A stretch of 64,000 bases of DNA from assembly GCA_045660045.1 (NCBI GenBank), contig JAZRDB010000014.1:55571-119570 (forward strand), given 5' to 3'. Under the pieces are notes generated by a model. That model ran no database searches. It saw only the letters and a program-made list of their open reading frames with translations, and had not been told where the DNA came from. This document shows positions 27,003 to 37,133 of this stretch, one piece after another; positions within the stretch are counted from its first letter, which is position 1, and every line of letters begins with the position of its first letter. The stretch is from Alphaproteobacteria bacterium (GTDB lineage Bacteria; Pseudomonadota; Alphaproteobacteria; CAAHEQ01; UBA3637). The position numbers and the translations under genes are program-made.

Positions 27003-27805
27003 CTGGTACGCTGTCCTGAACGAGTGGAGCGAACCTTTTCCTGAATCGGCATTGTTGTTTTTTGCTGATTAGCACCTTGATCCTCTTGTTGCTTTTTAGC
27101 CTCAGCATTACCAGCAGCATTCTTCTTTTTACGGGCTTCTTGTTCTTGATACAGCTTACGATTTGCTTCGGCTTTTTTCAAAGCATCCTCCCAACCTCTC
27201 GGTAAACGGCGTGTATCAATACCACTTTTTTTAATTTCCTCCACAGTCATCGGCATTTGAATTGGAGCTGACTTTTGTCCTAAATGCTGATGTCCAATTT
27301 CCTCCACCTGCATTAACGCATTTTGATGCATAGCCACCAACTCATCTTTGGAAGCACGAACTTCTTCAAAAGATCCTAGCAATTCTGGTGTATTCAGGCC
27401 CGCTAATTTTACCGATGGATCTTCTGTGACAGGAGAAGAAACATAGTCATCCACTATCTCTTCAGACCCCATTTTACGACGATCTATGTCAAAATTAACA
27501 TGCTCACTCTTACCCCCAGTTATTTGTTGCATCAAGCGCTCTGGATCATCCTGCATCAAGCGGCTCATATTTTCAACAGCGTTTACATTGTCCATTGTCA
27601 CAACATTATTATAGCGTTGTAAATCTGAGACAAAATCTGCCCCCGCACTATTAGGTAACGTTTTTGCTTTAACCATCATCTTCATTTTTGTGACATTGGG
27701 ACGTATTACGCTCGTTGTACGAACACCGCTCACATCACTAGGTGTCACAGCTGCAAAAGAAACGGGCGAAACACCTAATAATAATAACAAAGCAATCTTT
27801 TTCAT
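26999..27805 (-). CDS. secreted hypothetical protein with a Lys/Gln-rich tail
   Basis: 268 aa. Signal peptide MKKIALLLLLGVSPVSFA. No family recognised. ATGA overlap with trmJ. Confidence 0.5.
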   Translation of the reverse strand: MKKIALLLLLGVSPVSFAAVTPSDVSGVRTTSVIRPNVTKMKMMVKAKTLPNSAGADFVSDLQRYNNVVTMDNVNAVENMSRLMQDDPERLMQQITGGKSEHVNFDIDRRKMGSEEIVDDYVSSPVTEDPSVKLAGLNTPELLGSFEEVRASKDELVAMHQNALMQVEEIGHQHLGQKSAPIQMPMTVEEIKKSGIDTRRLPRGWEDALKKAEANRKLYQEQEARKKKNAAGNAEAKKQQEDQGANQQKTTMPIQEKVRSTRSGQRTR

Positions 27806-27824
27806 ATTCTCCCCCCTTTTATAA

Positions 27825-28601
27825 TCAACTGGTTTTCTTTTTCAATTTCAAAAAAATATATACACATGCTGGAATAGACACAAGGTAAGCGACACCCAAC
27901 AAACTTAAGATCATCCATGGTGACGCCACCAAACCAGCGATAAACCCCAAGAACACAAGTCCCAACACGGAACGCATCGTCTTACTAGGATGCAAATGTT
28001 TTAAGCAAATAGTTGGAATGCGACTTGCCATCATCACGCCGGCAAAAATTACGAAGAAATTTGCAAATACAGGGCAGCGGAAGAATTCAACTTCTCCTCT
28101 AAACGCCAACCATAAAATAAGTGGATACAATGCCAATCCTGCACCAGCAGGCGCTGGAACGCCCATAAAAAAATGCTCCCAATACTTTGGCTGTTTTTCA
28201 TCCAACATACTGTTGAATCGTGCCAATCGTGATGCACAACAAACCGCCAAAAACAAAACAACAGCCCAATAAACACCAACAGCATCTGGTCGATAAGCAA
28301 TATCTTTCAATGCTTCTACACGCATTGTGGTATCCATCGTCCAATTATACATCAAAAACCCAGGGGCCACACCAAAGCTTACAAAATCGGACAAAGAATC
28401 CAATTCAGCCCCAAAACGACTTGAAACACCTAAGGCTCGAGCCACTTTTCCATCCATGAAATCGAAAAAGCCAGCCAAAAAAATAAAGACAACGGCCATT
28501 TGCCAATTGCCCCATAAAGCCATATGCATGGATGACACGCCGAAGGCCAAAGCCATCATGGTCACTGCATTTGGAAACAAAGGTTTAATTACTTCTGTCA
28601 T
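27825..28601 (-). CDS. pssA: CDP-diacylglycerol--serine O-phosphatidyltransferase
   Basis: CDP-alcohol phosphatidyltransferase motif DFMDGKVARALGVSSRFGAELDSLSD. Multi-TM protein adjacent to psd. Confidence 0.85.
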   Translation of the reverse strand: MTEVIKPLFPNAVTMMALAFGVSSMHMALWGNWQMAVVFIFLAGFFDFMDGKVARALGVSSRFGAELDSLSDFVSFGVAPGFLMYNWTMDTTMRVEALKDIAYRPDAVGVYWAVVLFLAVCCASRLARFNSMLDEKQPKYWEHFFMGVPAPAGAGLALYPLILWLAFRGEVEFFRCPVFANFFVIFAGVMMASRIPTICLKHLHPSKTMRSVLGLVFLGFIAGLVASPWMILSLLGVAYLVSIPACVYIFLKLKKKTS

Positions 28602-29311
28602 TTATGTTTTTCCTTCATCTCTGCCAAAATTGTTTCACCAGCCACGGCCACCTGCCCCAACAACACCTTTGGAACAACGTCCTTTGGCAAAAATACATCC
28701 AAACGAGACCCAAAACGAATCATACCAAAAATTTCACCTGCCTTCAATTTATCCCCTATCTTTAAAGGGCAATAAATCCGGCGAGCTACCAAACCAGCAA
28801 TCTGAATAAAACCAATTTTTTCACCGTTTGTAGCCTTCATTCCAATCAATTGACGTTCATTATCTTCGCTATCCTTATCTGCAACGGAAACAAACTTACC
28901 TGGAATATATTCCAAATGTGTTACCTCGCCTGTTACAGGAGCACGATTGACATGCACAGAAAATACACTCATAAAAATACTGATACGAATCAGTTTTTCA
29001 TTTCCCAATCCCAAAGCCTTCGGCGGTACCATTTCCTTGATATTGCTAACAATACCATCTGCGGGAGAAATAATCAAATTATCACCTTGAGGTGTAAAAC
29101 GATCGGGATTTCTGAAAAAGTAGTACGAGAAAATAAGCATAGGAATGCCAATATACCAAACACCATTCCACAACAGCCCCAACACCCAAAAGAACACCAG
29201 CATCCATACCAGAATTTTTACACCCTCTTGATGGATGCGCGGTAACAAATAACGTTGCCATGACAAATCAACGGCTTTTACTTGTTCGGACGTGGGCAAT
29301 TTATAAGTCAT
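28598..29311 (-). CDS. psd: phosphatidylserine decarboxylase (short alphaproteobacterial type)
   Basis: 237 aa with N-terminal TM segments. Self-cleavage region ...FGMIRFGSRLDVFLP. ATGA overlap with pssA. Confidence 0.85.
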   Translation of the reverse strand: MTYKLPTSEQVKAVDLSWQRYLLPRIHQEGVKILVWMLVFFWVLGLLWNGVWYIGIPMLIFSYYFFRNPDRFTPQGDNLIISPADGIVSNIKEMVPPKALGLGNEKLIRISIFMSVFSVHVNRAPVTGEVTHLEYIPGKFVSVADKDSEDNERQLIGMKATNGEKIGFIQIAGLVARRIYCPLKIGDKLKAGEIFGMIRFGSRLDVFLPKDVVPKVLLGQVAVAGETILAEMKEKHK

Positions 29312-29326
29312 TTTCTCTCCTTAAAA

Positions 29327-29632
29327 TTAGTCTTCAAAATCATACAATGTGTCAAAACGAGCGGCGTACAACACATCTTTCACTTTGCCTTTTGCCCCCT
29401 TAATAGACAAAGCCACTTCCTTAGCCGCCGCTTCATCATGAGCAATTACCAACATACCCAAAGCAGCAGAATCCAAGAAGTCACAATCCGCAAAATTAAA
29501 CACCATTTTTTTGTTGTAACCTGTTTTAATCATAGATACAACTTCAAAAAAGGTATCATGGTCCCGAAAGGTAAATGAACCATTCAATTGAACTTCGACA
29601 CCATTTTTCAGATTGACTGTTTTATAATTCAT
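29327..29632 (-). CDS. STAS-domain protein (anti-sigma-factor antagonist, RsbV/SpoIIAA-like)
   Basis: 101 aa. The pattern ...LNGSFTFRDHDTFFEVV...MVFNFADCDFLDSAALGMLV matches the STAS fold, with the conserved D-S-x-x-L-G segment. Confidence 0.75.
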   Translation of the reverse strand: MNYKTVNLKNGVEVQLNGSFTFRDHDTFFEVVSMIKTGYNKKMVFNFADCDFLDSAALGMLVIAHDEAAAKEVALSIKGAKGKVKDVLYAARFDTLYDFED

Positions 29633-29665
29633 GTTTTTCTCCCATTTTTCGTGTTTATCAAAACG

Positions 29666-30418
29666 CTATACCTTCAGCTTACCCGCTTTTTTCCCATCCG
29701 TCAAGCACTTTTTTTTAGAAAAAACAAAATAAATTGGCTGACGCCCCGCTTGAATTCCCTTTTGTTCGTACCGCGTCGAAATCCAATCCTTTGGCGCTTT
29801 ATGCAAGTCTTTATTTTTTAAAGAAAATTTTTTAAAAATCTTCATTTGCTCTTGGACCCAATCTGCATATCCCACAACATCCGTTGCGACAAACAACTGT
29901 CCTTTGGGTGACAACAAACGGTATAGTTCTGGCAAATTATTCTGGTTAATAAAACGCCTCTCCGCATGGCGTGCCTTTGGCCAAGGATCAGGATAAAGCA
30001 CAAAAATTCGACCAAACACACCATCTGGCAAATATGGAAACACAAGTCGAATATCATCTGGCCAAACACGCACATTATCTGTACGTCCTTCTTCCAAATC
30101 CGTCTCTTGTCGCGGAAAACGATGAGACCCATTTAAATGCGCCAACAAAGAAGAAACACCATTTAAAAATGGTTCTGCGCCAATAAAACCGACATCTGGA
30201 TACATCTTGGCCAATTCCGCCACGTGTTCACCACCACCAAAACCAATTTCCAACCAAACTTCTTTTGTTTTAAAGGGAAATACTTTAGATGGAATCAATT
30301 TTCCTTTTTCCGGTAAAGTCAGTTTAATTTTCGGCAACAATTCGTTCATTAAACGTTCACGCGAAGATCCAATCGCCTTTCCTTTACGACGCCCAAAAAA
30401 ACGCAACATATTTTCCAT
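29666..30418 (-). CDS. trmB: tRNA (guanine46-N7)-methyltransferase
   Basis: LEIGFGGGEH SAM motif, then ...YPDPWPKARHAERRF.... Confidence 0.85.
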   Translation of the reverse strand: MENMLRFFGRRKGKAIGSSRERLMNELLPKIKLTLPEKGKLIPSKVFPFKTKEVWLEIGFGGGEHVAELAKMYPDVGFIGAEPFLNGVSSLLAHLNGSHRFPRQETDLEEGRTDNVRVWPDDIRLVFPYLPDGVFGRIFVLYPDPWPKARHAERRFINQNNLPELYRLLSPKGQLFVATDVVGYADWVQEQMKIFKKFSLKNKDLHKAPKDWISTRYEQKGIQAGRQPIYFVFSKKKCLTDGKKAGKLKV

Positions 30419-30419
30419 T

Positions 30420-32882
30420 TTATTTTCCTATCGTTGGATCCACATGCCAAATTCCATCGGCATATTCTCTGACCGTCCGATCAATCGAAAAATACCCAGA
30501 TCGTGCTGTATTCAACAACGACTTCTTAGCCCAAACTTTTCGATTTTTAAAGTCACGTCCAATTGTATCTTGAATGGCCACATATGAAGCAAAATCTGCC
30601 AACAATAAATAATAGTCTTGAAACATAATGTTTTGGAAAATTTCCATGAACAAATTTTTGTCTTCATTTGGTGTCCAAGTTCCATTTACAAAACTATCCA
30701 TAACTCGTTTAATACGGGGATCATTGTTATAAAAATCCCACGGATGATGTGAATTATTCTTATGACGTTCTTGCACTTCTTCCGATGTCAAACCGAACAA
30801 ATAAAAGTTCTCTTTACCCACAGCATTTAAAATTTCAACATTTGCGCCATCCAATGTGCCAACCGTCAATGCTCCATTCATTGTTAATTTCATATTACCA
30901 GTTCCAGATGCCTCAAAACCAGCTGTAGAAATTTGCTCACTGATATCCGCAGCCGGCATAACAATTTCCGCCACCGACACCCTGTAATCTGGGATATAAA
31001 CAACCTTGATTTGGTCTTTGACACGTTTATCGTTATTGATAACCTTCGCAACATTATTAATTAACTTGATAACCAATTTAGCAAATTTATAACCAGAGGC
31101 CGCTTTACCAGAAAAAACATACACTCGAGGACACGGCAACTTCTCACCATCTTCAACAATTGAAAAGTATTGATGTATAATGTGCATCACATTCAGCAAT
31201 TGACGTTTATATTCATGAATTCGTTTGACCTGGCAGTCAAACAACGCTTTAGGATCAACTTTTAATCCCAACACATCCTCAATATACGAAGCCAAACGCT
31301 GTTTCTTTTTAAATTGGATATCATTTACCTCTTTTAACGCTTCATCATCCTTCACCAATTTTTCCAGTTTTTTCAACTCTTCTAGATGTTTAACCCAATT
31401 ATCTCCTACATGTTTAGTAATAAAGGCAGAAAGTTCTGGATCGGCCAGCAACAACCAACGTCGCGGAGTCACTCCGTTTGTTTTATTGTTAAATTTATCC
31501 GGCCACATTTCATAAAAATCGGGCATTAAATTGTGCTTTAAAAGCTCGGTGTGTATCTTTGCCACACCATTCACAGAAAATGCACCCACAACGGCTAAAT
31601 TTGCCATACGAACTTGCTTCTCATTACCTTCTTCAATTAAACTCATACGGAATAATTTTCCATCATCCCCAGGATAACGATTTCTGACTTCGCGCATCAG
31701 CCACTCATTAATTTCGTAAATAATCAACAAATGACGCGGCAAATACTTTTCAAACAATGCAACAGGCCATTTTTCCAATGCTTCTGGTAACAACGTATGA
31801 TTTGTATAGGCCATACAACGACATGTGATATCAAAGGCTTTATCCCAATCCAATTGATAAACATCCAATAAAATGCGCATCAATTCCACAATTGCCAATG
31901 TCGGATGTGTATCATTTAACTGCAACACCACTTTGTTGGGCAATTCTTCAAGAGACGAATTTTCCTCGTTAAAACGGCGCAAAATATCTTGCAACACACA
32001 AGACACAAAGAAATATTGTTGTACCAGGCGTAATTCCTTGCCTTCTTCCACTTCGTCTGAAGGGTATAGCACCTTGGAAATTGTTTCTACTTTTATATTT
32101 TCTTCAACAGCGGCAACATAACCTCCCTTATTGAATAATTCTATATCCAATACGTTACCAGATTTTGCAGTATAAAGACGCAGATAGTTGACAGTCTCTC
32201 CATCATATCCTACAATCGGCATATCCGACGGCACGCCCAAGATTTGCGTCGTATCCACCCATCTGGGCAAACGCACTCCATCTTTTTCCTCGTACACAAT
32301 GCGTCCACGCATTTTTACCAAACAGGCCCTATCTGCTCGTTCAATTTGCCAAGGGGATTGCGTCTCCAACCAAGAATCTGCACGCTCTCTTTGATATCCA
32401 TTTTCAAAATATTGTTTAAACAGGCCAAATTGATAATTGATACCATAACCATACGCAGGATATCCCAACGTTGCAAGCGAGTCCAAAATACACGCAGCTA
32501 AACGTCCCAAACCACCATTACCAAGCGCGGGATCACATTCTTCATCCAACAGGCTTTCCAAAGGAATCGGATTATCCAAATGGATTTCTTTTAACAAATC
32601 CATAATTTTAAAATTAATCAAATTATTGGAAAGAAGCCGACCCAATAAATATTCCATTGACAAATAATACACCCGTTTTTTGGCTTTTTTCTTGTGACGT
32701 GCAGCCGTTTTAAACATTTGATCAATACACAAATCCCTAACTGCCATAGAAAGAGCAGACAACAAATGGCTTTTATGCGCTTCACAAACACGTTTTGAAA
32801 GCGAATATTTAATATGCCACTCTATTCGATCTTGCAATTCTTTTGCTGTAATTTTTTTGCTTTTTGACGCTGTTTGTGTCAT
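30420..32882 (-). CDS. glgP: glycogen/maltodextrin phosphorylase
   Basis: 820 aa. GLGNGGLGRLAAC and the PLP-Lys site EASGTGNMKLTMNGALTVGTLDGANVE. Confidence 0.95.
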   Translation of the reverse strand: MTQTASKSKKITAKELQDRIEWHIKYSLSKRVCEAHKSHLLSALSMAVRDLCIDQMFKTAARHKKKAKKRVYYLSMEYLLGRLLSNNLINFKIMDLLKEIHLDNPIPLESLLDEECDPALGNGGLGRLAACILDSLATLGYPAYGYGINYQFGLFKQYFENGYQRERADSWLETQSPWQIERADRACLVKMRGRIVYEEKDGVRLPRWVDTTQILGVPSDMPIVGYDGETVNYLRLYTAKSGNVLDIELFNKGGYVAAVEENIKVETISKVLYPSDEVEEGKELRLVQQYFFVSCVLQDILRRFNEENSSLEELPNKVVLQLNDTHPTLAIVELMRILLDVYQLDWDKAFDITCRCMAYTNHTLLPEALEKWPVALFEKYLPRHLLIIYEINEWLMREVRNRYPGDDGKLFRMSLIEEGNEKQVRMANLAVVGAFSVNGVAKIHTELLKHNLMPDFYEMWPDKFNNKTNGVTPRRWLLLADPELSAFITKHVGDNWVKHLEELKKLEKLVKDDEALKEVNDIQFKKKQRLASYIEDVLGLKVDPKALFDCQVKRIHEYKRQLLNVMHIIHQYFSIVEDGEKLPCPRVYVFSGKAASGYKFAKLVIKLINNVAKVINNDKRVKDQIKVVYIPDYRVSVAEIVMPAADISEQISTAGFEASGTGNMKLTMNGALTVGTLDGANVEILNAVGKENFYLFGLTSEEVQERHKNNSHHPWDFYNNDPRIKRVMDSFVNGTWTPNEDKNLFMEIFQNIMFQDYYLLLADFASYVAIQDTIGRDFKNRKVWAKKSLLNTARSGYFSIDRTVREYADGIWHVDPTIGK

Positions 32883-32942
32883 ACCCTCTCCCCTTAAAGC
32901 ACAACATATCCAATTTTATTGAGAATTGCAACTATTTTCTTT

Positions 32943-33965
32943 TTATTTTTTATCATTTTCAAGATCCTGCAGTTCAGATCTTGCTTGTTTTTGTGTTTTT
33001 TGAATGCGCCGATACACTGCCACATTTTGTTCATGATCCTTGTAAGTTTTGGAAAAAGTGTGCCCCCCCTTACCATCTGCCACAAAATACAAATCCTCCG
33101 TCTTATCTGGATGCAATACCGCTTTTAACGCTGCATACCCAGGATTGCTAATCGGTCCCATCGGCAACCCCGCCACCACATAGGTATTATATCCATTTTC
33201 CGTGCGTAAATCTTTATAAGTCAAAGGACGCTTTAAATCCCCCGTCCCATTGGTCAACGCAAAAATAACAGTTGGATCCGATTGTAATTTCATGCCTTTT
33301 CTCAAACGATTGTGAAATACAGAGGCAATATGCCCTCGTTCGGCATCGCGCGCAGTTTCTTTTTCCACCATTGAGGCCATAATGACCGCCTCTTGTGGAT
33401 GCTTAAATGACAATGTTTTATCTCGCGTTTTCCACAACTCATCAATTGCGCGTTGCATTCCGTTTTGCATACGTTGCAACAAATCCATTTTGGTATCACC
33501 ATAAGAATAATAATACGTATCCGGCATCAACGTCCCATTTTTGGGTTCTTTTTCCACTGTCCCCATTAAACCATATTTACCATTCATTAGTGCAATAATT
33601 TGGTGCGAAGTCAAACCTTCTGGTACGACCAAACGTCGAATATACGTATTACCACTGGTTAAAATTGAAAGGACTGTTTTGGCACTGGCTCGTTCCGGAA
33701 TAGAATATTCTCCCGCTTTGATATTCAAAGCCGCTCCGCTGGCGCGCGCCCCAATTTCAAACACCGATGGACTTGAAATAATGCCAGCTCGATAAAGCTG
33801 TTTCGCAATTTTTCGCAAAGAACGCCCCGCCTCAATCACAATTTCTGTTTGTTCAACAAGTGGTCCTTCTTCCACAAATTGACGATACGTGGAAAGTACG
33901 CTGCCTCCCATCACACCAACAACTAAAAACAAAATCAAAAAATAAATAAAAACACGATGACGCAT
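32943..33965 (-). CDS. mltG: endolytic murein transglycosylase MltG (YceG family)
   Basis: N-terminal TM segment. ...ASMVEKE... and YNTYVVAGLPMGPISNPG motifs. Confidence 0.85.
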   Translation of the reverse strand: MRHRVFIYFLILFLVVGVMGGSVLSTYRQFVEEGPLVEQTEIVIEAGRSLRKIAKQLYRAGIISSPSVFEIGARASGAALNIKAGEYSIPERASAKTVLSILTSGNTYIRRLVVPEGLTSHQIIALMNGKYGLMGTVEKEPKNGTLMPDTYYYSYGDTKMDLLQRMQNGMQRAIDELWKTRDKTLSFKHPQEAVIMASMVEKETARDAERGHIASVFHNRLRKGMKLQSDPTVIFALTNGTGDLKRPLTYKDLRTENGYNTYVVAGLPMGPISNPGYAALKAVLHPDKTEDLYFVADGKGGHTFSKTYKDHEQNVAVYRRIQKTQKQARSELQDLENDKK

Positions 33966-33966
33966 T

Positions 33967-35208
33967 TTATACTTTCTTGAAAATTAAACATGCATTTGTG
34001 CCCCCAAACCCAAATGAATTTGAAAGCACCGCATTTAAATTCTTTTCTTGAGCTGTATGAGGCACCAAATTAAAGCCTTTTGTTTCTTCTTCTGGATCAT
34101 CCAAGTTCAGTGTCGGTGGCATAACATTGTTGTTCAATGCAAGCAAGCTGAAAACAGATTCGACAGAACCAGCTCCACCCAACAAATGTCCTGTCATAGA
34201 CTTTGTAGATGACATAGCAGTTTTATCCATTCCGAACACTTCTTTTACCGCTCTAAATTCAGTGATATCACCAGCGGGCGTAGAAGTGCCATGAGCATTG
34301 ATATAATCGATATCTTCTGGATTCATCTGAGCTTGTTTTAAGGCCATTCTCATGGCTCTTTCTGCCCCCGTTCCACCTGGCGCAGTAATATGATAGGCAT
34401 CTCCTGACAAGCCATAACCCGCAATTTCGCCATAAATTTTGGCACCACGTGCTTTTGCATGTTCATATTCTTCCAAAACAAGAGCACCAGCCCCTTCGCC
34501 CATCACAAAACCATCACGGGCTTTATCCCACGGACGAGACGCTTTTTCTGGTTCATCATTGCGAGTAGAAAGGGCTCTCAGCTGTGCAAATCCAGCCAAA
34601 CATTCTAGCAATAAGGCTGCTTCCGAACTGCCTGCCAACATCATATCAGCATAGCCTTCTCTGATTAAACGCATCGCATCACCCACAGCATGATTTCCCG
34701 TTGCACATGCGGTCGAACACGCCTGATTCGGCCCCGCCAAACCATAACGAACTGAAATCATCCCCGCCGTTTGATTGATTAAAATGGAGGGAATAAAGAA
34801 AGGTGAAATACGCATCACATTCTGCTCCGTTAAATGACATCCCGCACGAAAACTTTCTGCTCCACCTTGCCCCGATCCAAAAATAACACCAAACATGGCT
34901 TTTTCTTCTTCTGTTTCTGGTTTATAGCCACAATCAGCCATTGCTTGATCTGCGGCTGCTAATCCCAACAAATTCACGCGATCAAAATGGCGTTGTTCCT
35001 TCACGCTTGCAACTTTATTTAAATCTAGCTGACCAGGCTCCGTTCCCTCTGGTATTTCGGCATCAATATGTACCGGAATAGAACTTGGGTCAAATCGGGA
35101 AATGGCCTTAATTCCCGAACGCCCATTTGATAAAGCATCCCAGTTTGCCTTTACACCACATCCAAGTGGTGAAACAATTCCTAACCCAGTCACAACAACA
35201 CGTCGCAT
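33967..35208 (-). CDS. fabF: 3-oxoacyl-ACP synthase II
   Basis: Active-site Cys context ACSTACATG, His motifs INAHGTSTP and ...KSMTGHLLGGAG, C-terminal SNSFGFGGTN. Confidence 0.95.
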   Translation of the reverse strand: MRRVVVTGLGIVSPLGCGVKANWDALSNGRSGIKAISRFDPSSIPVHIDAEIPEGTEPGQLDLNKVASVKEQRHFDRVNLLGLAAADQAMADCGYKPETEEEKAMFGVIFGSGQGGAESFRAGCHLTEQNVMRISPFFIPSILINQTAGMISVRYGLAGPNQACSTACATGNHAVGDAMRLIREGYADMMLAGSSEAALLLECLAGFAQLRALSTRNDEPEKASRPWDKARDGFVMGEGAGALVLEEYEHAKARGAKIYGEIAGYGLSGDAYHITAPGGTGAERAMRMALKQAQMNPEDIDYINAHGTSTPAGDITEFRAVKEVFGMDKTAMSSTKSMTGHLLGGAGSVESVFSLLALNNNVMPPTLNLDDPEEETKGFNLVPHTAQEKNLNAVLSNSFGFGGTNACLIFKKV

Positions 35209-35299
35209 TTACTTGTCCTTTATTTAGAAAAGACGCTTCAAGGTCAGCCAATAAGCACAATCTTAAAACGTCTTTATAAAACTAAAAAAACAGTCCTAA

Positions 35300-35542
35300 C
35301 TAGGCCTGTTGTTTTTCAATGAAGTCAATAGCATCTTTGACCGTGCGAATTTTTTCAGCCGCATCATCTGGAATAGAACAGCCAAATTCTTCTTCAAAAG
35401 CCATGACTAATTCCACAGTATCCAAACTGTCGGCGCCCAGATCATCAATGAAGCTGGCATTATCTTGCACTTTAGCGGCATCAACGCCCAAGTGATCCAC
35501 AATAATTTTTTTCACGCGTTCAGCAATTGTATTTTCTGTCAT
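35300..35542 (-). CDS. acpP: acyl carrier protein
   Basis: 80 aa with the phosphopantetheine site [20 protein letters not shown]. Confidence 0.95.
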   Translation of the reverse strand: MTENTIAERVKKIIVDHLGVDAAKVQDNASFIDDLGADSLDTVELVMAFEEEFGCSIPDDAAEKIRTVKDAIDFIEKQQA

Positions 35543-35632
35543 TTTCTTTCCTTTTGTTTAGTTAATCAATCCCTTTTCGGATGAAAACATATCTACACTA
35601 GCACAAAATTTTGGCTGATGCAAGTATTTTTT

Positions 35633-36376
35633 TTAAAGCATCAACATTCCACCGTTTACATTGATGGTCTGTCCCGTAATATACGAGGACTCATCAGATG
35701 CTAAAAACGCCACCACATTGGCAATATCTTGCGGTTGTCCCATACGCTTCATGGGTACACGATCTAACATTGCTTTTTTCACTTCTTCTGGCAAATTCGC
35801 TGTCATAGGAGTTTCAATAAAACCCGGAGCAATACAGTTAGCCGTCACACCACGTCCAGCCAATTCATTGGCAATAGACTTACTCATCGCAATCAAGCCA
35901 CCCTTACTGGCCGCATAATTCGCTTGTCCTGCGTTACCAATAACCCCCACGATAGAGGCCATAGAAATAATCCGTCCAAAACGGCGTTTCATCATACCCA
36001 CCATGGCGGCACGGGCCAATCTAAATCCTGCTGTTAAATTGACCGCCAAAACGGCATCCCATTGTTCATCGGACATCCGCATTGCCAAAGTATCACGATT
36101 GATACCGGCATTATTGACCAAAATATCAATTTTTCCCATGTCTTTTTCGGCATCTTCTACCAACTTTTTGGTGGCTTCGCCATTGGAAATGTTGGCTTCA
36201 TAAACAAACACGCGATCACCCAATTCAGCCGCGAACGCCTTTAAAGTGTCCAAATTCATATCAGTCAAAGCCACTGTGGCGCCTTGTGCATGCAAAGTTT
36301 TAGCAATCGCACGACCAATACCGCCCGTTGCCCCTGTAATTAAAGCTGTTTTACCCGTCAAATCAAACATAGTCAC
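35633..36376 (-). CDS. fabG: 3-oxoacyl-ACP reductase
   Basis: SDR motifs [12 protein letters not shown] and YAASK. Sits in the fabG-acpP-fabF order. Confidence 0.9.
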   Translation of the reverse strand: MTMFDLTGKTALITGATGGIGRAIAKTLHAQGATVALTDMNLDTLKAFAAELGDRVFVYEANISNGEATKKLVEDAEKDMGKIDILVNNAGINRDTLAMRMSDEQWDAVLAVNLTAGFRLARAAMVGMMKRRFGRIISMASIVGVIGNAGQANYAASKGGLIAMSKSIANELAGRGVTANCIAPGFIETPMTANLPEEVKKAMLDRVPMKRMGQPQDIANVVAFLASDESSYITGQTINVNGGMLML

Positions 36377-36468
36377 TCCTTTGTTATGCGCATATTATAC
36401 CACACAACAAAAACAAAAGGCAACAAAAAAAATCCCACGCTTAAAACCGAATCAAAATTTCAAAAAGA

Positions 36469-37122
36469 TTATTTGTTATCAACTTTTTCTTGCACATCTT
36501 CACGCAAGAATTGTTCAATCGCCGGCAAGATACGCTTCACCATCACAGCAACACCTTTTCCAGTTGGATGAATACCATCTTTCAAAAAATACTCTTCCGA
36601 TGCGTGCGACCCATCTTCTTTCCACAGGCCATCCATAAAAAACGGGTAAAGCAATAATTCGTTTTCTGTTGCCAAATCTACATACATTTGACGCATCCCA
36701 TCACGATATTCTTGCGGCTCACTTACAGAAGCCTCCATACCAACTAGCAACACAGGAATTTTTTCATTTTGAAATGTTTCAATTAACTTTTGCAAATTCT
36801 TTTGTGTTTTTTCAAGAGGAAAATGTTGAAACATATCGTTGCTACCCAGTTGTAAAATCACGCCATTTGGTTTGCGCGCCAAAGCACTTTTTGTCCGGTG
36901 CAACGCACCTTCCGTTGTTTCACCACTTTTACTGTGATTTAATACTTGAACATCATGTCCTTTTTGTTTCAAAGCAGCATTCAATTGTGCCCAAAATGAA
37001 TCTTTTGCCTCTATGTTGTGTCCAACACTCAAACTATCACCCAGAACAAGCAATTTAACAGGCGTGGCCACCGCTGAAACACTCATCATCACCCCTCCCA
37101 ACAATAAAACTATTTTTTTCAT
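36469..37122 (-). CDS. SGNH/GDSL hydrolase (TesA-like arylesterase/thioesterase), periplasmic
   Basis: Signal peptide. Block I VLGDSLSVG, block II SGET, block III GSND, block V DGIHPT. Confidence 0.8.
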   Translation of the reverse strand: MKKIVLLLGGVMMSVSAVATPVKLLVLGDSLSVGHNIEAKDSFWAQLNAALKQKGHDVQVLNHSKSGETTEGALHRTKSALARKPNGVILQLGSNDMFQHFPLEKTQKNLQKLIETFQNEKIPVLLVGMEASVSEPQEYRDGMRQMYVDLATENELLLYPFFMDGLWKEDGSHASEEYFLKDGIHPTGKGVAVMVKRILPAIEQFLREDVQEKVDNK

Positions 37123-37133
37123 TTTTTACTCCT

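Noticed and set aside
28327-28809. A 160-aa plus-strand ORF across the pssA/psd junction.
   Set aside because: It is antisense to two motif-supported genes joined by an ATGA overlap, so it is a shadow ORF.
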